A stretch of DNA of 64,000 nucleotides from an uncultured Candidatus Saccharibacteria bacterium (lineage in GTDB: Bacteria > Patescibacteriota > Minisyncoccia > Phycocordibacterales > UBA918), in NCBI GenBank assembly GCA_964618165.1, contig CAZTWW010000001.1:499-64498 (forward strand), written 5' to 3'. Shown piece by piece: positions 56,591 to 63,905 of the stretch (positions are counted from its first letter, which is position 1; the number at the start of each line of letters is the position of its first letter). The position numbers and the translations under genes were made by a program. The notes below the pieces were generated by a model. That model had not been told where the DNA came from and did no database searches. It was given only the letters and a program-made list of their open reading frames with translations.

Positions 56591-56788
56591 ATGACTAAAG
56601 TAAAATATTTACGACACCAGTGTCAGCACTGTGGGTCAGAATCGAAACTTTTAGAAACAATTATTGATGATGAATTTATTTGGGATGATACATCTAAACA
56701 GTATCAACCACACCAATATACGGACTGTTTTGAGCATACTGGTAAAGAGCGTTGTGCTAGATGTCAGCAAGACTGGACTGGGGTATGA
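56591..56788 (+). CDS. Zinc-ribbon miniprotein 1 (65 aa; CxxC...CxxC)
   Basis: 'CQHCGSES...CARCQQ'. AT-rich. Lies 40 nt after the DUF2075 stop. Confidence 0.5.
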   Translation: MTKVKYLRHQCQHCGSESKLLETIIDDEFIWDDTSKQYQPHQYTDCFEHTGKERCARCQQDWTGV

Positions 56789-56973
56789 ATCAACGAATAT
56801 ATTGTTGTAAATGTAAGCTGAAGCTTGAGTATATTGTTTTACGTCAGGTTGAAGAAGTGTTTTATAAGTATGACATAGTTACTAATCAGCTCAGTGATTA
56901 TCACGGAGACGGCTCAGTTATTACGAGTGATTACAAGTGTCCATTTTGCAACACATCACAAACGCTAGATTAG
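56785..56973 (+). CDS. Zinc-ribbon miniprotein 2 (62 aa; CCKCK...CPFC)
   Basis: ATGA overlap with miniprotein 1 (ATG at 56785). 'YCCKCKLKLEY...YKCPFCNTSQ'. Confidence 0.5.
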   Translation: MNQRIYCCKCKLKLEYIVLRQVEEVFYKYDIVTNQLSDYHGDGSVITSDYKCPFCNTSQTLD

Positions 56974-57055
56974 TGTTAATCATCGAGAAATCACTTTACA
57001 ACCCCTCAATCCTTCGGTACTGTTCACGCTAGAGTGTGAGGAAGGGGAGGGTCAG

Positions 57056-57556
57056 ATGACAAACACACAGGCTGAAGTCGAGGCTATCGACGATGAGATA
57101 CTCAAACGGTATGCCGGGTATGGGCGTCTCATGGGGTGGAGTGTCGGGTATTATGACCGGACACTGATGCTCGATGTCCCTGGCAATAGTGGGGCAGTGC
57201 GACTGCAGGTGTTCACGAAACCGAATGCGGAGCTCGTTTGTCACCAGGTCGACCTGCTCGTAATCGATATGAGACGTGTGACGATTCTCCTTCAGTTCAT
57301 GAACTGCTGGAATGATCATACGTGGTTCGGTAACCTGGTGTTTAATCCGGACACTGGGTATGTCTCGTGGCGGTATGGTCTCGCCATTAACCAGCGGTAT
57401 GGTGTCACCGATGGGCAGGTGTCCAAGATCGCCTACACGGCCACAGAAGCGGTGGTCTCAGCGATGCCAGCGCTCTATCTCATTCGTGACACCGAGTGTG
57501 ACCTTGAGACCATTCTGATTCAGATGGCACGTCAGGATGGACATCTCGTGAACTGA
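57056..57556 (+). CDS. Hypothetical protein (166 aa), possibly a YbjN-like fold
   Basis: SD GGAGGG lies upstream. GC-rich again. Weak resemblance to the YbjN/putative sensory-transduction-regulator family. The terminator at 57560-57592 follows. Confidence 0.5.
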   Translation: MTNTQAEVEAIDDEILKRYAGYGRLMGWSVGYYDRTLMLDVPGNSGAVRLQVFTKPNAELVCHQVDLLVIDMRRVTILLQFMNCWNDHTWFGNLVFNPDTGYVSWRYGLAINQRYGVTDGQVSKIAYTATEAVVSAMPALYLIRDTECDLETILIQMARQDGHLVN

Positions 57557-57559
57557 AAG

Positions 57560-57592
57560 ACGACCGCGGTGGCGACACCGCGGTTTTTCTCT
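57560..57592 (+). terminator. Intrinsic terminator
   Basis: ACCGCGGTGGCGACACCGCGGT followed by TTTTTCTCT. Confidence 0.8.
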
Positions 57593-57622
57593 GCCTCGTG
57601 TCGTGGTACGATATCGCGTATT

Positions 57623-58039
57623 ATGGAAATTGAATTTGAGGCGTTGCACCTCCTCTCGCTCGCGTTTGTAGCGGTGGTTATCATACTCGCTGATAGTGAC
57701 GGGGTGGCGTATCTCCGTGGGAAGAAGGAGACGCTCAAGGCTGGGAAGGTGCGCCTCCTTCATAATCTCGCATGGGTCGGGCTCGGGCTCATGGCAGTGA
57801 CCGGTATTGGGCTTATTGCTGAACACCCTGATGTTGTCACCGAAAGTGCCTTTATGGTCAAGATGCTCATGGTGCTCGCACTCTTTGTGAACGGCTTTGT
57901 CATCGGGCAACTGGCGAAGCTCTCGACCGCGACACCGTTTAGACTCCTTTCACCCCGCCAGAAGATGATGATCCTCGCCTCTGGGGCAGTATCCATCTCC
58001 TGCTGGATAGGAGCTGCCATGATTGGCTTTCTCATTTAG
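57623..58039 (+). CDS. Four-TM membrane protein (138 aa), unknown
   Basis: I chose the ATG at 57623 because the ORF track's start at 57569 lies inside the upstream terminator. Hydrophobic helices throughout. Confidence 0.55.
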   Translation: MEIEFEALHLLSLAFVAVVIILADSDGVAYLRGKKETLKAGKVRLLHNLAWVGLGLMAVTGIGLIAEHPDVVTESAFMVKMLMVLALFVNGFVIGQLAKLSTATPFRLLSPRQKMMILASGAVSISCWIGAAMIGFLI

Positions 58040-58413
58040 TACCAGGAGCGTGATTGCAATTGGGTCACAGGAAGCGCATACTTCTCAGTGACGGCAGGGT
58101 GAGGGTGCATTCAACTGTCCCCACCACACTTGCAGGCAGTCTCGCTTTGCCGTCACCGAGGAGACATCCTTTTCATCAAACTTGCTCCGTCATGTACGGA
58201 GCTTCTTTTTTATCAACTTGCAGGGTAGGTGAGTGCATGTTACGTTTATAGTCCTGATAGCAGTCGCGAACGACACCTCCTCCCCGGAGATGCTTGGCCG
58301 CAGCGTTTGTGATTGTTATCAGGACCTTGACCTGAGTACTTAAACCCGAGCCATAGGCGAGGGTTTCTTTTTATATATTGCTGACACATCGAAAAAATGG
58401 TACTGTAACAGTG

Positions 58414-58522
58414 ATGGTAGGGGTGTATACCCCCCTTAGACTGTCCGACTCAATCACTCCTACCAGACACTGCTCTGAAACTGCCTCAACCTGACCCCGC
58501 CCACAAGGTGGGGTCTTTTTTA
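58414..58522 (+). ncRNA. Candidate small RNA (about 110 nt): extended -10 promoter, internal hairpin, intrinsic terminator
   Basis: TGGTACTGT at 58398-58406. Then hairpin AGGGGTGTATACCCCCCT. Then the terminator ACCCCGCCCACAAGGTGGGGT + TCTTTTTT (58495-58522). No convincing ORF in the 470-bp gap between 58039 and 58538. Confidence 0.3.
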
Positions 58523-58531
58523 TGGTATAGT
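58523..58531 (+). promoter_or_regulatory. Extended -10 element TGGTATAGT 6 nt upstream of the CPBP protease ATG
   Basis: Same motif and spacing as at 36703 and 62613. Confidence 0.4.
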
Positions 58532-58537
58532 CGCAGT

Positions 58538-59065
58538 ATGAGGCGACTCGTAGCGTATATCTCTCACCTCGCAGACCCAAATCCGTATCATGCAAATGAA
58601 TGGGCGTATTACCGCTTGCCGGCACTGGTCATCGTGATTGATGTAGTACTGTCAATTGGGTTGGCGGTTGTGTTTAGTGTGACCGATACAATCGAACCAG
58701 TCGAGCCGATCGGGGTACCGATTCTCTCGCTCTGGTTTATTCCGTTTCTTCTCCTTGTATCAACGATTGAAGAGCTCTTATTCCGGATTATACCGCTCTC
58801 TATCGCCATGAGTGCGAGTGAACGAAAGATTATGCATGTGCTTACCGCACTCATCGCCGCCATGCTCTTTGGCTACGTGCATGGTGGGTGGGCGAATGTG
58901 CCCCTCCAGGGGATTGGTGGCTTTCTCTATGGACTCCTCTTTATCCGCTACGCGCGGGGTGGCGAAGCCTTCTTAGAGGCAAGTATCGTCGTGATAATGA
59001 TGCATACGGCCTTTAATGGATTGATTGGGATGATTGCGCTCCTCGGTGGTGAGACCATGTTTTAA
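58538..59065 (+). CDS. CPBP family intramembrane glutamic protease (CAAX protease/Abi-like), 175 aa
   Basis: Motif 1 'EELLFRIIPL', motif 2 'FGYVHG', motif 3 'HTAFN', in a multi-TM protein. I chose the ATG at 58538 (MRRLVAYISHL...). Confidence 0.75.
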   Translation: MRRLVAYISHLADPNPYHANEWAYYRLPALVIVIDVVLSIGLAVVFSVTDTIEPVEPIGVPILSLWFIPFLLLVSTIEELLFRIIPLSIAMSASERKIMHVLTALIAAMLFGYVHGGWANVPLQGIGGFLYGLLFIRYARGGEAFLEASIVVIMMHTAFNGLIGMIALLGGETMF

Positions 59066-59118
59066 GTAGATTGTGCAGTCTTTTATCAGGCAGTCTTCTT
59101 TGGTAAGCTAGGAAGCCT

Positions 59119-60228
59119 GTGAAGCGTATTCTATTGAGTCTTGTTGCTATTGGTATCGTGATTAGCGCGGTTGTTGTCGTGCGTGGTGTGCCAAGTGCCA
59201 TGACACTCCCGTTTAGTGCCACTGAGGAGGATTTTGATAATGAACCAGTTGAACTCCTTGATGCGGAGACGATACGCGTCGGGCAGGGTGGGTGGTATAC
59301 CATCGCGGAGCTGGCCTCCTATAAGCGGCCAGAAGGCCCACTCCGGGTCGGGGTACAGATTGGACACCTTGATAACGATAAGGTACCAGAAGAATTGAAG
59401 GCACTCACAGCGAATACCGGCGCAAGCTTCGGTACGGTAACTGAGCGCGAGCTCATGAAGCAAATTGGCGAGAAGGTACGGGTTGAACTTGAGGCGCGTG
59501 GTGTCGTGGTGGATGTCCTCCCAGCGACGGTACCGCCGAAGTATGAGGCTGACGCCTTCATTGCGCTCCATGCTGATGGTAACCAGAATCGTCGGGCACG
59601 CGGTTTTAAGATTGCAGGACCTCGTCGGGATTATTCTGGCCTCTCTGAGCGTCTAGTCTCGAGTCTCACCACCGCCTACGCCTCGACCACGAAGCTCCCG
59701 TTTGATGACACCATTACCCGTCGAATGACGGCGTACTACGCCTTTAACTGGCCACGCTATGAGCACGCGATACACCCGTTCACCCCAGCCGCGATAGTAG
59801 AGACAGGGTACGTCACCGACGCCGTTGATAGAGCCTTCCTCATTAACCAGCAAGATGTCATCGCCACGGCGATTGCGGACGGCGTTATGGACTTCCTTGC
59901 AACAGAACGAACACCAAATCCACCAGCCGGCTCCCTTGAGATACCAAGCATGCCACTCTCAGGCACCGTTGTCTGTGCACCAATCCGCGCTGACCGTGGT
60001 GGTACCACCACACCAGAATGTGTCCCGGGCCTTAAGACCAGTGACGGTACCCACTACCTCCTTGAGCCAAAGGAGCGAATAGCGACCACCTCACTACCGT
60101 TTACCACGACGGTACGTGGGCGCTACGTACCAGCCAACACACTCCCGAACTACTTCTGGTTCCCATATGAGGTACGTGGCTTCATTATGGAGAGCGAGAT
60201 TGCGACGGTTACCGTTGCACCTTTATAG
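59119..60228 (+). CDS. Secreted N-acetylmuramoyl-L-alanine amidase-like protein (Amidase_3-like), 369 aa
   Basis: GTG start at 59119, with TGGTAAGCT 9 nt upstream. Signal peptide. 'LRVGVQIGHLDN', 'ELMKQIGEKVRVELEARGVVVDVL' and 'ADAFIALHADGNQNRRARGFKIAG' resemble the MurNAc-LAA His/Glu/His arrangement. Confidence 0.55.
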   Translation: MKRILLSLVAIGIVISAVVVVRGVPSAMTLPFSATEEDFDNEPVELLDAETIRVGQGGWYTIAELASYKRPEGPLRVGVQIGHLDNDKVPEELKALTANTGASFGTVTERELMKQIGEKVRVELEARGVVVDVLPATVPPKYEADAFIALHADGNQNRRARGFKIAGPRRDYSGLSERLVSSLTTAYASTTKLPFDDTITRRMTAYYAFNWPRYEHAIHPFTPAAIVETGYVTDAVDRAFLINQQDVIATAIADGVMDFLATERTPNPPAGSLEIPSMPLSGTVVCAPIRADRGGTTTPECVPGLKTSDGTHYLLEPKERIATTSLPFTTTVRGRYVPANTLPNYFWFPYEVRGFIMESEIATVTVAPL

Positions 60229-60242
60229 TATCGAGGCAAGAG

Positions 60243-60272
60243 AAAAGGCGCCTGGTGGGCGCCTTTACTTTA
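60243..60272. terminator. Bidirectional intrinsic terminator between convergent genes
   Basis: AAAGGCGCCTGGTGGGCGCCTTT flanked by A- and T-runs. Confidence 0.75.
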
Positions 60273-60731
60273 ACATTGCTCTGCGTCTGCATGTTTGATA
60301 ATCAGCAACATACCGTCTTGGTGACGCACCCGCCAGAAGTTCCTACCCCAAAAGGGGAACTCACTATTGCCGGGTACAATAAGCGGAGACACTTTCTCTT
60401 TTGTCAGAATACGCCGATTCTCGAGCATGAAGGCTTCGACTCGGTGCAGATCTTTAGATGGTACACTCGATATTGACCAAGCAGAACCGAACCAAAGAAA
60501 GCAGCGTATGAAAAACTTCCGATTAGCCGGTGTACCCGGACGGTAGAGACACTCCTCAAGACGCGATATGAGACGGTCTTCTTGTCGATCGCTCTCACAG
60601 TTAACGATATGGATCAGTTTCTGGTCCTCAAAGAACAACCTCGATGAGAGCGGATCTTCCGTGGTAATGTTCGTGCTTGCTTGTCCGACATAGACGATGT
60701 TGTTGTCGACTATCGGCATCTTGACGTTCAT
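60270..60731 (-). CDS. Hypothetical protein (153 aa)
   Basis: Strong SD AAAGGGGG 6 nt upstream of the ATG on the minus strand. Convergent with the amidase-like gene. No recognisable motif. Confidence 0.5.
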   Translation of the reverse strand: MNVKMPIVDNNIVYVGQASTNITTEDPLSSRLFFEDQKLIHIVNCESDRQEDRLISRLEECLYRPGTPANRKFFIRCFLWFGSAWSISSVPSKDLHRVEAFMLENRRILTKEKVSPLIVPGNSEFPFWGRNFWRVRHQDGMLLIIKHADAEQC

Positions 60732-60849
60732 GGTAAACCCCCTTTGTTTTCCGTCGTGATTATGCCAGCAAATAGCATAAGTGCAAGGAATCCACGACCT
60801 CAGAAGAGAGTGATGCAGTCATATTAGACAAAAGTGCTACTATACATGA

Positions 60850-61581
60850 ATGGATACCACTGAACCACACGAAGCTCAGCCAACTACGATTTCTAACAAT
60901 CGCTATGAATCGCTCAATCGTGTCACCACGCTTTCGAAGTACCTTGCGCTCACACTGTTTGTAGCATTACCGTTTATTGGTGGGTATGTCGGGTATCAGC
61001 TCTCTGCATCGACACATGTCTCGATGCTGTATGAGTCTCCAAGCAACGTTGTGGTGCCTGTGGAGATATCGACACCAACTACAGCCGTCTCTTCTGATGC
61101 ATATACTTCGTGGTCGCTCCAGCAGTCATTCCAGATACCATTGTCTGGTGACACTTCTCTGATTGGAACGCTGCAGTTTGGTGCGATGGGAAGTGTCGGT
61201 GAAGCAATGATTGATGCCCCATTGTCTGCTATTAAAGTCGATGCTGCTGCCAGAACAATACATGCCGATGAAGGAGGTATTCCGCTCCTCACCGTGCATG
61301 AGTATTCAGGTAGCACTACCATGCGAGATTTCATAGCTACACTTATCTTGCCTATTATGACCATGTCTGAAAGCTGTACCATGGAAACGGTCACCACTAA
61401 GGAAGGGAACATTTACTACAGTTTTGTCGGAACACTAGAAGATAATGCTTGTCCGGAACGTATGCAGTTTGTGCAACTAAACAACTATGTAGCGGTTATA
61501 TGGTACACCCCAGTTGATCCAGAATCTGCTCGCATTGACGCCACTAGCCTGCGCCTCACATCACCGACCCTACTGCAATAG
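60850..61581 (+). CDS. Membrane-anchored or secreted hypothetical protein (243 aa)
   Basis: TM helix LALTLFVALPFIGGYVGY. No recognisable motif. Confidence 0.6.
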   Translation: MDTTEPHEAQPTTISNNRYESLNRVTTLSKYLALTLFVALPFIGGYVGYQLSASTHVSMLYESPSNVVVPVEISTPTTAVSSDAYTSWSLQQSFQIPLSGDTSLIGTLQFGAMGSVGEAMIDAPLSAIKVDAAARTIHADEGGIPLLTVHEYSGSTTMRDFIATLILPIMTMSESCTMETVTTKEGNIYYSFVGTLEDNACPERMQFVQLNNYVAVIWYTPVDPESARIDATSLRLTSPTLLQ

Positions 61582-61639
61582 TATGTCTATAAACGCGTAC
61601 CTTAGTTGTTGCATATCTCTGTAATACGTGGTTTTATAC

Positions 61640-61895
61640 AGAGGCGGAGGCTACTTGCCGCACTCGTTACTAACACTAGTACACCAGTGAATTTGGTACG
61701 TAGCCTCCGTAAGTTTGTTCTTTACGGAGGTATATAAAAATGAAAACAAACATTTCAATTGTTCTTTTTATTGATAAGTACGGTGTGGTACACACCACAA
61801 GGCAGGGCTGCATACAGGCAAACATGCAGTAATCACGCGGGGTAACCCGCCTGATAGGGCGCTCGGGAATGAAACCACCGAGCGCCTTTTCATAT
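61640..61895. other. Highly structured non-coding region (candidate ncRNA or riboregulator) ending in a terminator-like hairpin
   Basis: Nested stems GGAGGCTAC/GTAGCCTCC and CTCCGTAAG/CTTTACGGAG. Then four consecutive hairpins: GTGGTacacACCAC, CTGCATacaggcaaacATGCAG, GCGGGgtaaCCCGC and GGCGCTCGGgaatgaaaccaCCGAGCGCC + TTTTCAT. Confidence 0.35.
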
Positions 61896-62101
61896 GCTTG
61901 AAATATCAAAAATATGTGGTCTCGGTGCATTCGAGAAAGTGACGAAAATGGGTGTATCCTGATACCGACATGACGGTCTGTCAAAGGTGTGGTATGGGTG
62001 ATCGGTGCGATAATAGTATTATTTTAAGCCATATTTTGAGTATCCGGTAATCATGTGCTTTGGCTTTGTCAACTTGCCGGCCAGAACGGTGGTGGTAGTA
62101 T

Positions 62102-62545
62102 GTGCATATGGAAAGCATCTTTAATCGTCATACTGATCTCGCGACCGGTATCAAAAATCACCTTCAGACACTGCGTCGGGAGGAACAGCGATTACAGGTT
62201 CGATTGCTCGCGGTCGACCGCTGCCAGCGTGTCATTAAGACCCTCCAACTTGATGCCGATGGGGCAGAGGAAGGGGAGGATGAGTTCAGCGAAGCGCTCG
62301 CGAACGTCGAGGCCATCAAGTACGACCTCACGACCTACCTCCGTCAGCTTCGTGACCGGATTGTGCATATTGAGCGTGGTGTCTCACAGATATACAGTCT
62401 CGAGCAGAATCCGAGTGCACAGACGTTTGCCCTCTATATTGAGGAAGATGCCCGCCTCTGCGCGCGCGATGTCCTCGTTGCACGCGAAGGCTACGATGAA
62501 CTCATCGAGAACATCCAAGCCCTCAGTCACCTCCGCGACCAGTAA
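62102..62545 (+). CDS. Hypothetical helical protein (147 aa)
   Basis: The composition is protein-like. The terminator at 62551-62577 (GCCCCGATGTGGGGT + ATTTTTTG) follows. I rejected the overlapping frame at 62055. Confidence 0.6.
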   Translation: MHMESIFNRHTDLATGIKNHLQTLRREEQRLQVRLLAVDRCQRVIKTLQLDADGAEEGEDEFSEALANVEAIKYDLTTYLRQLRDRIVHIERGVSQIYSLEQNPSAQTFALYIEEDARLCARDVLVAREGYDELIENIQALSHLRDQ

Positions 62546-62612
62546 CGAAAATGCCCCGATGTGGGGTATTTTTTGATTCGGTTATCATAGTATTGAATAG
62601 TAGATATTTTTA

Positions 62613-62621
62613 TGGTATAGT
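62613..62621 (+). promoter_or_regulatory. Extended -10 element TGGTATAGT 8 nt upstream of the ATG at 62630
   Basis: Identical to the 9-mer at 36703 and 58523. Confidence 0.4.
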
Positions 62622-62629
62622 AGGAATAC

Positions 62630-63283
62630 ATGAACAAATTCCAACCAGGCGGTTTGCGTAATCGCCGTGATGATATAGGCGGACGACCACGTGGCGATAT
62701 CAATAGTTACGCCCCGAAGAGTCGCCAAGGAGGCGGTAAGCCAGGCTTTAAGAAGAGCTTTGGCGACCGTGGGAGTAAGCCATTTGGCCGAAATGAGCGC
62801 GATCGTGACACTCGACCACCAATGAAGTCGTATGATGCGATTTGTACCAGTTGTGGTGCCAAGTGTGATGTACCATTCCGCCCAGACGGCACGAAGCCAG
62901 TACTCTGTCGGGATTGCTTTAGTAAGAAGAATGCGAGCGCAACCAACATGGCCGGGCACCCAGAGCGATTCACTCGTACTGAGCGTCAAGGCCACTCTCG
63001 TGACACGTCATACGGCGAGAAGCACGCGCCAGCCGGTGTCTCAAAAGAGCAATACGACCTCCTCGTTGCCCAGCTCACCACGCTAGAGGCGAAGGTGTCA
63101 CAGATTCTCGAGCTCGTCCTTGCTTCAGAAAAACTTGTGACTAATCTGCCTGAACTGACCGTCGAGGCGCCTGTGGCAGCTAAAAAGAAGACAGCTGCCA
63201 AAAAGGCTCCTACTAAGAAAGCGGCTCCGAAGAAGGTGGCAGTAAAGAAAGTAACAAAGAAGGCGACAAAAAAGACAAAGTAA
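62630..63283 (+). CDS. Zinc-ribbon protein with Arg/Gly-rich N-terminus and Lys/Ala-rich histone H1-like C-terminal tail (217 aa)
   Basis: 'CTSCGAKCDVPFRPDGTKPVLCRDCF' gives CxxC-x17-CxxC. The C-terminal tail reads 'AAKKKTAAKKAPTKKAAPKKVAVKKVTKKATKKTK'. A hairpin ACACCCGGCAAAG-actatgt-CTTTGCCGGGTGT follows at 63301-63333. Confidence 0.65.
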   Translation: MNKFQPGGLRNRRDDIGGRPRGDINSYAPKSRQGGGKPGFKKSFGDRGSKPFGRNERDRDTRPPMKSYDAICTSCGAKCDVPFRPDGTKPVLCRDCFSKKNASATNMAGHPERFTRTERQGHSRDTSYGEKHAPAGVSKEQYDLLVAQLTTLEAKVSQILELVLASEKLVTNLPELTVEAPVAAKKKTAAKKAPTKKAAPKKVAVKKVTKKATKKTK

Positions 63284-63391
63284 CAACCAAAATGAACGAC
63301 ACACCCGGCAAAGACTATGTCTTTGCCGGGTGTGTCTGTACGTAGCGGAATAGTATGTTATAGTTTTGCCGGACTGAACGAGGGGGTCTAA

Positions 63392-63844
63392 ATGACAACA
63401 GATGTGCATGAACAGGACAGTGTGTTGCAGTCGCTCTATGGAAACAACCTGAGGCGAGTACCCATCGCACGAGCTACAAGTTTGGCAGCGTACGAACTGG
63501 TAGACACTGATATTCGTGTCATTCTCCGACACGATCCTGAGTACCCGATACCGGTACTGGTAATGATTCATCAGGGTGGTCTCGAACGAAAGGACATGTG
63601 TCGTTGGCGCAAACCGAATCTTGGTGCCGCAGAAGAAGAGTTTCGTGGGTGGCCAACGCACTTTCTTTGGCTCCATAGTCGTGTAGGTGAACCGACACGA
63701 CTGTTTATCATTGAGGTGGTTAGAGAGGGTTCAATTCCAAAACTGAGAGAAATCAAAGAGCTCGATGATAAGCGTCCAAAAGAATTCATCTGGTTCTATT
63801 CTCATATACAGGCGAGATTGCTTGAATACAACTGGGTGCGCTGA
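63392..63844 (+). CDS. Hypothetical protein (150 aa)
   Basis: The terminator GCCCCGACACGTGCGGGGC + TTTTTCTT lies at 63852-63880. No recognisable motif. Confidence 0.55.
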   Translation: MTTDVHEQDSVLQSLYGNNLRRVPIARATSLAAYELVDTDIRVILRHDPEYPIPVLVMIHQGGLERKDMCRWRKPNLGAAEEEFRGWPTHFLWLHSRVGEPTRLFIIEVVREGSIPKLREIKELDDKRPKEFIWFYSHIQARLLEYNWVR

Positions 63845-63851
63845 CACCTTA

Positions 63852-63880
63852 GGGCCCCGACACGTGCGGGGCTTTTTCTT
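63852..63880 (+). terminator. Intrinsic terminator
   Basis: GCCCCGACACGTGCGGGGC followed by TTTTTCTTG. Confidence 0.8.
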
Positions 63881-63905
63881 GTCTGCTATACTCGGCGCAA
63901 TTGCA

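Noticed and set aside
57569-57622. ORF-track start at 57569 for the four-TM protein, and at 58508 for the CPBP protease
   Set aside because: Both proposed starts fall inside intrinsic terminator hairpins or U-tracts of the upstream unit. The in-frame ATGs at 57623 and 58538 lie just downstream of -10-like elements.
61780-61895. Possible SRP (4.5S) RNA or 6S RNA identity for the hairpin cluster
   Set aside because: A partial AAGGCAG match to the 4.5S helix-8 region is too weak. There is no GGAA/GNRA tetraloop context and no 6S-like central bubble architecture. I left it as an unassigned structured RNA candidate.
61676-61984. 102-aa minus-strand ORF across the structured intergenic block
   Set aside because: The composition is implausible (Cys/Phe/Ile runs) and there is no RBS. 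The region is dominated by stable hairpins and is better treated as non-coding RNA or regulatory.
62055-62576. 173-aa ORF in the alternative frame overlapping 62102-62545
   Set aside because: The Arg/Ser-rich junk-like translation has no structure. The 62102 frame gives a balanced helical protein and is followed by a terminator.
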